Shown one piece after another: positions 1 to 7,866 of a stretch of DNA of 64,000 nucleotides. Source of the stretch: Myxococcota bacterium. GTDB lineage: Bacteria; Myxococcota_A; UBA9160; UBA6930. The stretch spans positions 3,680,001 to 3,744,000 of the forward strand of contig OZ245002.1 in NCBI GenBank assembly GCA_965223415.1. The letters are read 5' to 3'. Made by a program: the position numbers and the translations under genes. The notes under the pieces were generated by a model, which was given only the letters and a program-made list of their open reading frames with translations, ran no database searches and had not been told where the DNA came from. Numbering within the stretch: position 1 is the first letter of the stretch; every line of letters starts with the position of its first letter.

Positions 1-141
1 CACGACGACCGGGCTTCCCACCTCCGGGTCGAAGGCCACGTGGCGCACGTAGGCTGCCGTCTCCCGGGAGGAAGGGGCGTCTCCGCAGCCGGCCAGCGCG
101 ACGGCCGCGGCGAGAGACGACAGGACCGAGGAAAGGCGCAT
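1..141 (-). CDS. Partial (runs off window) lipoprotein, possibly bifunctional nuclease/DUF151-like
   Basis: Manual translation MRLSSVLSSLAAAVALAGCGDAPSSRETAAYVRHVAFDPEVGSPVVV; lipobox LAGC; GGAGG RBS before the ATG; VRHVAFD..GSPVVV resembles the DUF151 N-terminus. Confidence 0.5.
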   Translation of the reverse strand, partial: MRLSSVLSSLAAAVALAGCGDAPSSRETAAYVRHVAFDPEVGSPVVV

Positions 142-176
142 GGTTCCTCCGATCTCCGGAGAGGATAGCGCCGGCC

Positions 177-1418
177 CTACACGCCAGTCGCCACCCGGCT
201 CTCGAGCACCTGCAGCCAAGCCCGGGCCGCCTTGGCCTGCCCCTGGGCCGCGGCCTGCCGGAACGCGCTCCTCGCGGCATCGAGGTCGCCGCCCTCGAAG
301 AAGGCGATGCCGAGCAGGAGACGCGCTTCGCCGGCGTCCTCGAGCCCGCCTCGGGAGAGCGCCTTGCGCAGGGCGGACTGGGCCGGCTCCCACCGCTCCG
401 CGTCCGCGTGCAGCTGGCCGAGTCGCAGCCACAGCTTTCCCTCGCCCCGGAGCTCCGCCGCGCGACGCAGGGGCTCGATCGCCCGGTCGTCCTCCCGGGC
501 GAGGGACCAGGCGTTGGCGAGGAGCTCCCAGGTGTCGCCCGTCTTCTCGATCGCACCCGCGTCGAGCCCCTGCTCCAGCAGGACGCCGGCCTTGTAGGGA
601 ATCCCGTTGAAGAGATAGAGCTGGGCCAGTCGCACGCGCTCGTCGCTGGAGGCGACGAAGCCCTGGAGCTCCGCCGCCTGAAGCGCCGCGAGCGCCTTGC
701 GGGCCTGCTCCTGCTGCCCGTAGACCGCTACGAGCTGCATCCAGTCGCTCTTCTTCTTCGGATCGATGGCCACGACGTGTTCGAGCCAGTGGGCGGCCCG
801 TGCGTAGCGCTCGGCGGAGAGGTTCAAGGAGGCGGCCAGGCGCATCCAGGCGATCTGGGGCTTCGGCTCCTTGGCGAGGCCCCTCTCCGCCCACTCGAGG
901 GCCTTCGCGAAGTCCTCCTTCTGGGCGTAGGCGTTCGCGAGCAGCATGTAGGCGGAGGCGCCCGGATTCTGGGCGCGCTCGAACCAGACCAGCAGGGTCG
1001 CGATGCCTTCGTCGGTGCGCTCGTTCAGCAGGTAGAGCTGACCGAGGTTGAACTGGGTGTGGAGGCCCGAGGTGTCGGGAAGCGCGTCCAGGGCCACCGC
1101 CTTCTCGAAGTCCTGGATCGCCCGGCTGTACTGCTCCTTGCCCGAGTAGACGTAGCCGCGGGTCTGGTGGATCAGCGCCAGCTCGTGGTCGTTCAGCTTC
1201 TTGCGCTTCAGCAGTGCCTGGAGCTTGGTGAGCGCCGGCTCGAAGCGCTCCTCCTGGAGGTCCGCCATGGCGGAGTTGAGCTTCTCGTAGACCGCCTTCG
1301 AGACGGTCTGTACCCGCTTCGTCTCCGGCGGCTTGCGGCGCTCGGCACCCAGGCCCGGAGCCGCCGGGAGGAGCAGCGCCAGCCCCAGCGCCGCCGCGAC
1401 GACGAGAAGGCGCCTCAC
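177..1418 (-). CDS. Periplasmic tetratricopeptide-repeat protein of a TonB operon
   Basis: Signal peptide, multiple TPR-like helices, last gene of the DUF3450-exbB-exbB-exbD-tonB cluster. Confidence 0.85.
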   Translation of the reverse strand: MRRLLVVAAALGLALLLPAAPGLGAERRKPPETKRVQTVSKAVYEKLNSAMADLQEERFEPALTKLQALLKRKKLNDHELALIHQTRGYVYSGKEQYSRAIQDFEKAVALDALPDTSGLHTQFNLGQLYLLNERTDEGIATLLVWFERAQNPGASAYMLLANAYAQKEDFAKALEWAERGLAKEPKPQIAWMRLAASLNLSAERYARAAHWLEHVVAIDPKKKSDWMQLVAVYGQQEQARKALAALQAAELQGFVASSDERVRLAQLYLFNGIPYKAGVLLEQGLDAGAIEKTGDTWELLANAWSLAREDDRAIEPLRRAAELRGEGKLWLRLGQLHADAERWEPAQSALRKALSRGGLEDAGEARLLLGIAFFEGGDLDAARSAFRQAAAQGQAKAARAWLQVLESRVATGV

Positions 1419-1951
1419 AGGAGCCTCCCCCGCGCCCGCCGGCGCCTCCGCATGCGCTGGTGCAGCTCGCGCCGGCGCGCCTTGGCGTACTCGGGCCAGG
1501 TGACGCCGGCGCCGCGGCGGCCGGCCTCCTTCTCCCGGTAGTGCCGGAAGTCCCGCCAGGCCTCCAGCTCGTGCTGAAGCTCGCGCGCCGCCAGCTCGAT
1601 CATGATGGCGTCGTCCAGGTAGCCGAGGCCCGGGATCGCGTCCGGCACCAGGTCCTGGGGCTCCGCGAAGTAGGCGAGGGTGTCGACGACGCGCTTGCGG
1701 TCCGCGCCGCCGAGGGCGAACTCGTCGTCGGCCAGCATGCCGAGCACCTCCGCCATCTGGGCGACGCGCTCCGTCACGAAGGAGGGGAGCTCGAGGCCCT
1801 CGGTGTGCCGCAGTGCGTCCCGGGAGCTGGCCACGATCTCCGATTCCGGGCGCCCGCTGGCCTTGGCTTCCGAGAGGCGCCGGCGGAAGTAGCGCAGGTC
1901 CTTCTCGGAGAGAGTGAAGGTCACCCGGAGCTCCCCGCTCCGCGCCGCCAT
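1415..1951 (-). CDS. DUF1232/YkvA family protein
   Basis: LAYFAEPQDLVPDAIPGLGYLDDAIM is the DUF1232 signature. Confidence 0.85.
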   Translation of the reverse strand: MAARSGELRVTFTLSEKDLRYFRRRLSEAKASGRPESEIVASSRDALRHTEGLELPSFVTERVAQMAEVLGMLADDEFALGGADRKRVVDTLAYFAEPQDLVPDAIPGLGYLDDAIMIELAARELQHELEAWRDFRHYREKEAGRRGAGVTWPEYAKARRRELHQRMRRRRRARGRLL

Positions 1952-2568
1952 CAGCCGGCCTCCTTGGGGTCGAAGGTGATCACGATCTGCACGCCCTGGC
2001 GCGGCACGGGCTTGCCGTTCTCGATCTTCGGCCGGTACTTGAACTTTTCGACGGCGCGCCTGGCGGCCCGGTCGAAGGTCCGGGGCGGGTCCGAGTCCAC
2101 GACCTGGACGTCCTCGACGGTTCCCGCGGACGTCACGTTGAACTCCAGCAGCACCCAGCCGCTGAGGCCGAGCTGGGCGGCCCGGCGCGGATACTCCGGT
2201 GGGATACGCACGAGGGGCACGACGTCCATGTCCGAGATGGCCGCGCCGGCCCGGGGGCCGGCGGCCAGATCGCCGGTGGGAAGGGCCACGACCGTGCCGT
2301 CGACCTCGCCGAGCTTCGGCTTCGAGGCCCTGGCCACCCGCACGTCCGGCGGCGGCGGCGGCTTCGCCTGGTTGAGCTTCTGGGGCAGGCGCCGCTCCTT
2401 GGTGCGCGCGTCGGATTCCTCCTTCAAGCGCACGAAGTCGATCACGCTGCCGTGGATCTCGTCCTGTTCCCGATCCTCGTTCACCGCGATCAGCGCGTTC
2501 ATCCCGTAGAAGAGCGCGAACGTCACGACCACGGCGAGGGCCAGGGAGCCGGCGAGGCGGGCGGTCAC
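1951..2568 (-). CDS. tonB: Energy transducer TonB
   Basis: N-terminal TM helix, Pro-rich linker, C-terminal PEYPRRA..G.V.LEF.V...G.V domain. Confidence 0.92.
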   Translation of the reverse strand: MTARLAGSLALAVVVTFALFYGMNALIAVNEDREQDEIHGSVIDFVRLKEESDARTKERRLPQKLNQAKPPPPPDVRVARASKPKLGEVDGTVVALPTGDLAAGPRAGAAISDMDVVPLVRIPPEYPRRAAQLGLSGWVLLEFNVTSAGTVEDVQVVDSDPPRTFDRAARRAVEKFKYRPKIENGKPVPRQGVQIVITFDPKEAG

Positions 2569-2578
2569 CGGGGGCGCC

Positions 2579-2989
2579 TCACTCGTCCGCCGGCCGGGCG
2601 GCGATGGCGATGGAGGGCGCGCCGGCGAGCTTCGCCTGGTCCATCACCTTCACGAAGGTGCCGTTCGTGCTCTTCTCGTCGGCCTGGATCACCACCGTAC
2701 CCTGGGGGTTCTCGGCCAGGAGGCGTTCCACGTTGGCGCGCACCGCCCGCACGTCGACCCGGCGGCGCTGGACCCAGATGCCGTCGTTCGCGTCGATGGC
2801 GATCAGGATCGCTGCCCGCTGCTTCGGCGTGGCGGTGGCCGCCGGCGGCCGGTTCACGTCGATACCCGCCTCTTTCACGAAGGAGGCGGTCACGATGAAG
2901 AAGATCAGCAGGATGAACACCACGTCGAGCATCGGCGTCAGGTTGACGTCGCTGTCTTCGGACTCGCTGGTGTGCCGTCGCCGCGCCAC
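2579..2989 (-). CDS. exbD: Biopolymer transporter ExbD
   Basis: VNLTPMLDVVFILLIFFIVT motif; IQAD..S..G.FVKVMD. Confidence 0.95.
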   Translation of the reverse strand: MARRRHTSESEDSDVNLTPMLDVVFILLIFFIVTASFVKEAGIDVNRPPAATATPKQRAAILIAIDANDGIWVQRRRVDVRAVRANVERLLAENPQGTVVIQADEKSTNGTFVKVMDQAKLAGAPSIAIAARPADE

Positions 2990-2990
2990 G

Positions 2991-3506
2991 TCAGGTCTCC
3001 CGTCGCAGGAGATCGCCGAGCTCCTCGGCCTCCCGCTTCGCCTTGTTGTTCAGCCAGACGCTGGCGTAGAGGCCCGAGAGGGCCGCCACCATGCCCGCCA
3101 TGGTCGGGATCGTCGCTCGGGAAACGCCGCTGGCCATGAGCCGCGCGCTCGAGCTGCCGGTCATGGCCATCACGTCGAATACCTGGATCATGCCGGTCAC
3201 CGTGCCGAGCAGGCCCAGCAGCGTGCACAGCCCGACCAGGCTCTGGAGCATGCCGAGGCCTCGCTCCAGGGCGAGGGACACCTCCGAGATCATCGCCTCG
3301 CGGATGCGGTGGGCGTGCCAGGAGGTGCGCTCCGCGCGGCTTTCCCACTCCTCGAGGGCGCGATGGACCGCCGCCGGATGCACCGTGCGCAGGTGCCAGA
3401 GCCGCTCGAGGATGAGCGTCCACATCACCACGAGCACGCCCCCGATCGCGTAGAGGACCGGGCCTCCCCGCTCGATGAACGCCTCGACGGCGAGCCAGGG
3501 CCCCAT
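2991..3506 (-). CDS. exbB: MotA/TolQ/ExbB proton channel protein
   Basis: LLGLLGTVTGMIQVF motif; start reassigned to ATG 3506 (MGPWLAVEAF), overlapping the upstream stop. Confidence 0.9.
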   Translation of the reverse strand: MGPWLAVEAFIERGGPVLYAIGGVLVVMWTLILERLWHLRTVHPAAVHRALEEWESRAERTSWHAHRIREAMISEVSLALERGLGMLQSLVGLCTLLGLLGTVTGMIQVFDVMAMTGSSSARLMASGVSRATIPTMAGMVAALSGLYASVWLNNKAKREAEELGDLLRRET

Positions 3507-4864
3507 CAGCTGGCGGCCCCGCCCTGCTCCTCGGCGCGGCGCGCCACCATGCCCGCCGCCTGCTCCTCGAGCACGCCGATCAGGCCCTTGCTGCGGTCCT
3601 TGAGCACGCTCGCCAGGAAGGTCAGGGGAATCGCCACGATCAGGCCGAGCATGGTCGTGACCAGGGCGACCGAGATGCCGCCGGCCATCATCTTGGGATC
3701 GCCGGTGCCGTAGAGGGTGATCATCTGGAACGTCTGGATCATCCCGGTGACCGTGCCGAGCAGGCCGAGCAGCGGAGCGATCACCGACAGCACGCGCACC
3801 GTGGTGATGCCGCGCTCGATCGGCGGTACCTCCCGCAGCACCGCCTCGTCGAGCTTCAAGTCGAGGGTCTCGGTGTCCGCGCCCGGGTTCGCCTCGTAGA
3901 CAGCGAGGATGCGGCCGAGCGGGTTGTCGTCGCCCGCGCCGCCCCGGCCCTGCTGGGCCTTGATCCTTCGCCCGAGTCCGAACAGGACGAAGAAGCGCCA
4001 GGCGGCGAGCAACGCGCCGGCAGCGCCGAGGCCGAGGATGATGTAGCCGATCACGCCGCCCTGCTGGACCTGCTCGCCGGCGCTCGGCCGCTGCACCTCG
4101 AGGGCCAGGATCGAGCCCTTGGAGGGATCGAGGGGCGCCACGGCGCGCGCACCCGAGGCGCCCTCGAAGGAGGCCGCCGCGCGCCGCGCCGGCCCACTCG
4201 GCTGACGCCCCAGCTCCTGCAGCGACTGGGTCTCCGAGTTCCAGGTGAGGAACTCGCCGTCGGCGATCGCCGTGAAGGGCCCGACCCGCGTGACGGTCCG
4301 CTCCACCGGGTTGCCGTCGGTCCCGACGACCGGGGCCTGGAAGCGCGACACCTTGCCGGCCTCGGTCGCCTCCTGCTGCAGGGCGAACCACAGGTTCACG
4401 AGCTCGTCCATGTCGGGGAGCGACTTGCTCTCGGCGAGCTTGGCGAGAGCCGGCGCGCGGCCCTCGTGCTCCGCGCTGGTCATCGAGCTCTCGACCAGGG
4501 CGCGAGTGTCCCCCGCCACCTGGCGCACCACGCCGAAGAGCTCGCCCAGGCTCCCCAGGCGCTCGGTCAGCTGGTCCTCCAGGGCCGCGAGCTCGCGCTC
4601 GTTGGCCTGGAACTCCTTCTCGAGGGCGGCGCTCTCCTGCTCCAGGCGCTGGCGCTCGGCCCGGGTGCGGGCGAGGAGCCCCGCCTGCTGGTCCTTCTTC
4701 TGCTGGAACTCGGCCTCGCGTTGGCGGTTCGTCGCGGCGTCGGCCTGCCGGCCCGCGCGGACCTCCTGGAGCAGCTGGTCGAGGGACTTGGCGCCGCCCG
4801 CGTCCTGGGCGAACGCGGGAAGGGCGACGAGCGAGAGGGCGGCGGCGAAGAGCAGCGGGCGCAT
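3506..4864 (-). CDS. Long ExbB-family protein with periplasmic coiled coil (TtpC-like)
   Basis: Signal peptide MRPLLFAAALSLVALPAFA, coiled coil, C-terminal APLLGLLGTVTGMI..GISVALVTT; start at ATG 4864. Confidence 0.88.
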   Translation of the reverse strand: MRPLLFAAALSLVALPAFAQDAGGAKSLDQLLQEVRAGRQADAATNRQREAEFQQKKDQQAGLLARTRAERQRLEQESAALEKEFQANERELAALEDQLTERLGSLGELFGVVRQVAGDTRALVESSMTSAEHEGRAPALAKLAESKSLPDMDELVNLWFALQQEATEAGKVSRFQAPVVGTDGNPVERTVTRVGPFTAIADGEFLTWNSETQSLQELGRQPSGPARRAAASFEGASGARAVAPLDPSKGSILALEVQRPSAGEQVQQGGVIGYIILGLGAAGALLAAWRFFVLFGLGRRIKAQQGRGGAGDDNPLGRILAVYEANPGADTETLDLKLDEAVLREVPPIERGITTVRVLSVIAPLLGLLGTVTGMIQTFQMITLYGTGDPKMMAGGISVALVTTMLGLIVAIPLTFLASVLKDRSKGLIGVLEEQAAGMVARRAEEQGGAAS

Positions 4865-5637
4865 CACTCGCTCCCTCCGCCGGCGGCGGTCGCGACGGGT
4901 ACGAGCAGGAGCCCCGGTGACGCCTGCTTCCGGGCGATCTTGAGCCCGCGCTTCACGTCCCCGTTGAGCCCGCTGTCGAGGGGCGCGTACTGGCTGCCGT
5001 CCCAGATCCCGCTCTCGTCCCCGTCGAGGGTCTGGTAGAGGAGCGCCACCCGCCCGATGCGCAGGAAGTCCACCTGGCGCTGGTTCTCGCCCTCGCCGAA
5101 GGTGCCGCGGTAGGCCTCGATGGTGTGACCGAACTCGTTCTCGATCTGGAACGCCTCCATCAGCCGGCGGTACTTCTCCGCCACCGTCACGTCCGAGCGC
5201 AGCAGGAGGTCCCGCAGCTTCGCGACACGCTCGGTGCGCTCCTCCAGCAGGAAGGGCAGGTCCGCTGCCACGAACTCGTCCAGGGTGTCGATCATGCGGC
5301 TCATGAGCGGCATGATCTCGCGCTCGACGGTGGTGACGCCGTCGATCTCGCCTCGGATCTGCTCCATCTCGTCCCGCTGGGCCTGCACGAGCTTGCCGAG
5401 CTGCTCGGTGTAGACCCGCAGCGAGTCGACCTGGCGGCTCTCGGCCCGGAAATCGGCGAGCAGGCTGCGGGTCTGGTCCGCCAGCTTGTCGATCTTCTTC
5501 TGGGACTGGATGGCGTCGCCCTGGGCGGCCTGGGCCACCTGCTGGAGCTGGGTGTAGCTCTGGGCCAGGCCCGGCGGGGCGGCGAGCCAGACGAGAGCGG
5601 CGGCAGCGAGGGCCAGGCGGGGGGGCGTGCGCGTCAC
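4864..5637 (-). CDS. DUF3450 family protein
   Basis: DLPFLLEERTER, EKYRRLMEAFQIE.EFG, VDFLRIGRVAL motifs; GTG start 5637 with AGGAG RBS. Confidence 0.88.
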   Translation of the reverse strand: MTRTPPRLALAAAALVWLAAPPGLAQSYTQLQQVAQAAQGDAIQSQKKIDKLADQTRSLLADFRAESRQVDSLRVYTEQLGKLVQAQRDEMEQIRGEIDGVTTVEREIMPLMSRMIDTLDEFVAADLPFLLEERTERVAKLRDLLLRSDVTVAEKYRRLMEAFQIENEFGHTIEAYRGTFGEGENQRQVDFLRIGRVALLYQTLDGDESGIWDGSQYAPLDSGLNGDVKRGLKIARKQASPGLLLVPVATAAGGGSE

Positions 5638-5726
5638 GAGGGGCTCCTGTTCGCCGCCCGGCGGACCGCGCGGCTCGCGTGAGGGGTGCGAGAGTAGGAC
5701 GGCTCGGGGCGGGCCGGCTACTCCGA

Positions 5727-7850
5727 TCAGAGCTCGAGAGCGGCATGGAAGCCCCGGCTCATCGCGCCCTCGATGTAGCCCACCTCTTCTCCGTCGCCGA
5801 TGGACACCACCGGCACACCGGCGGCGCGAAGCGGCGCCAGCGACTCTGGATTGGAGCGCAGGCCCGTGGCGAGGACGACCGTATCCGCAGCAGCCTCCCG
5901 CTCCTCGTCCCCGACGGCGTAGCGCACGGTGTCGTCGCCGATCTCGAGGGCCCGGGCACCGGTGACGAGCTCGGCGCCGGCCTCGCGAAGGTCGTGCAGC
6001 ACCCGCCAGCGGCGCGGGTGGGCCATCTCGGTAGCGAGCACCGGCCCCTCTTCGAGCACCACGACCTCGCGCCCGCGCTCCACCAGGAACTCGGCCAGCT
6101 CGGCTCCGACGAGCCCACCGCCGACGATCACCACGCGCCGGCCCACCGGCATCCAGGCTCGGGACGCCCGGCGCAGCCGGGCCGGATCCTTCGTCAGGCC
6201 GAGCAGGCGGCCGGCGGCGACGGCTGCGCGCGCCGCGAGAGGGAGCCGCGGGCCGCCGCCTCGGCCGCTCGGTCCGATCAGCAGATCCCGCAGGTCGTCG
6301 CCGTCGAAGACGTGGGCGTGCTCGGCACCGGGCAGCGCGGGTCGATCCCGAGCGGCGCCGACCGCGGCGATCACCGCGTCCGGGGCGACGCTCCGCACCA
6401 GGGCCTCGTCGGCCGTCTCGCCGAGGCGGAGCTCGATCGGCAGCTTGCGCACCTGGGTCTCGAGCCAGTGCAGGAGGCGCTCGTTGGGCTCGTAGGACAG
6501 GGCCGCGAAGCGCAGCGTACCCCCGAGCTGCGGGCTCTTCTCGCACAGCACCACCCGGTGGCCGCGCAGCGCCGCCACCCGCGCGGCTTCCATGCCCGCG
6601 GGCCCGCCGCCGACCACCAGGACCCGCTTCGGCCGCGCCGCCGGGGTGCGCAGGGTCTCTGCCAGCTCCACCTCACGGGCCACCATCGGGTTTACGCTGC
6701 AGCGCACCCGCCGGTCGAAGAAGGGCTGGGCCACGCACACGTAGCAGTAGATGCAGGGGCGAACGTCCTCGGCGCGGTCCTCCGTGAGCTTCTTCGCCAG
6801 CTCCGGATCCGCCAGGAGCTTCCGTCCCATGGCGATGATGTCGGTCTTGCCCTCGCCGACCAGCCGATCGGCGGCGGCGGGCTCGATGCGTCCCGCGGCG
6901 ATGACCGGCACCGGGACGCGGGCCTTGATGGCCGCCGCGAAGTCGACGAAGCCGGATTCCCTGTGGACGATCGGCGCGTCGGTGAAGCCGGGCCCCAACG
7001 GGTTGGCGTAGGCCGAGACGGAGATCGCGTCGGCACCCGCCTCGGCGAGCAGCTCGGCGGTGCGGCAGGCATGGGCGAGCTCGATGCCTCCGGGCGTGCC
7101 GAACTCCACCGCGTCGATGCGACACCAGATCGGGAAGTCGTCGCCCGCGCGGGCCTTGCACGCCCGCAGCACCTCGCAGAGCAGGCGCGCCCGGTTCAGG
7201 GCGGACCCGCCGTACTCGTCCTCGCGGAAGTTCCAGGCCGGCGACAGGAACTCGGAGAAGATGTAGCCGTGGGCGCCATGGATCTCGACGGCGTCGAAGC
7301 CGGCGCGGCGGGCGCGTTCCGCGGCGCTCGCGAAGGCGTCGGCCAGCCAGGCAAGATCCTCCGGTGTGGCCTCGCGGATCTTCGCGGGGCCGCCACCCCC
7401 GGCGGCCTTGGCCATCAGTCCGATCTCTTCGCGACTGAGATCCAGGGGGCCCGAGAGTCCCATCGAGCTCTGCGGCATCGACGGCATCAGGAGGTCGCGG
7501 CCCTGCACCGTGTCGAGGCGGCCGACCTTGCCGTGGTGGGCGAGCTGGATGGCGATCTTCGTGCCGTGGGCGTGCACCGCGTCCGTGAGCGAGCGGAGGC
7601 CCGGCAGGAACGCGTCGTCCGAGACGCCGAGCTCGTGGGGCGAGTTGGCGCCGTTCGGGTAGGCCGCCGACGTGTTCTCGGTGATGATCAGGCCGACGCC
7701 GCCCCGCGCCCGCTCTTCGTAGAAGCGGACCACCGGCTCCCGGACCTTCCCGTCCGCCTCGGCGATCTCGACGCCCATGGGCGCCATCGCGATGCGGTTC
7801 GGGAGCTCGAGGCCTCCGATGCGGGTCGGAGAGAGGAGGTGTCGCAGCAT
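5727..7850 (-). CDS. NADH:flavin oxidoreductase (OYE-like, 2,4-dienoyl-CoA reductase/BaiCD type)
   Basis: NRIAMAPM, EIHGAHGY, CxxCxxC..C Fe-S motif, two GGGxxG Rossmann motifs. Confidence 0.9.
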   Translation of the reverse strand: MLRHLLSPTRIGGLELPNRIAMAPMGVEIAEADGKVREPVVRFYEERARGGVGLIITENTSAAYPNGANSPHELGVSDDAFLPGLRSLTDAVHAHGTKIAIQLAHHGKVGRLDTVQGRDLLMPSMPQSSMGLSGPLDLSREEIGLMAKAAGGGGPAKIREATPEDLAWLADAFASAAERARRAGFDAVEIHGAHGYIFSEFLSPAWNFREDEYGGSALNRARLLCEVLRACKARAGDDFPIWCRIDAVEFGTPGGIELAHACRTAELLAEAGADAISVSAYANPLGPGFTDAPIVHRESGFVDFAAAIKARVPVPVIAAGRIEPAAADRLVGEGKTDIIAMGRKLLADPELAKKLTEDRAEDVRPCIYCYVCVAQPFFDRRVRCSVNPMVAREVELAETLRTPAARPKRVLVVGGGPAGMEAARVAALRGHRVVLCEKSPQLGGTLRFAALSYEPNERLLHWLETQVRKLPIELRLGETADEALVRSVAPDAVIAAVGAARDRPALPGAEHAHVFDGDDLRDLLIGPSGRGGGPRLPLAARAAVAAGRLLGLTKDPARLRRASRAWMPVGRRVVIVGGGLVGAELAEFLVERGREVVVLEEGPVLATEMAHPRRWRVLHDLREAGAELVTGARALEIGDDTVRYAVGDEEREAAADTVVLATGLRSNPESLAPLRAAGVPVVSIGDGEEVGYIEGAMSRGFHAALEL

Positions 7851-7866
7851 GCGCCCTTCCTCGCGG

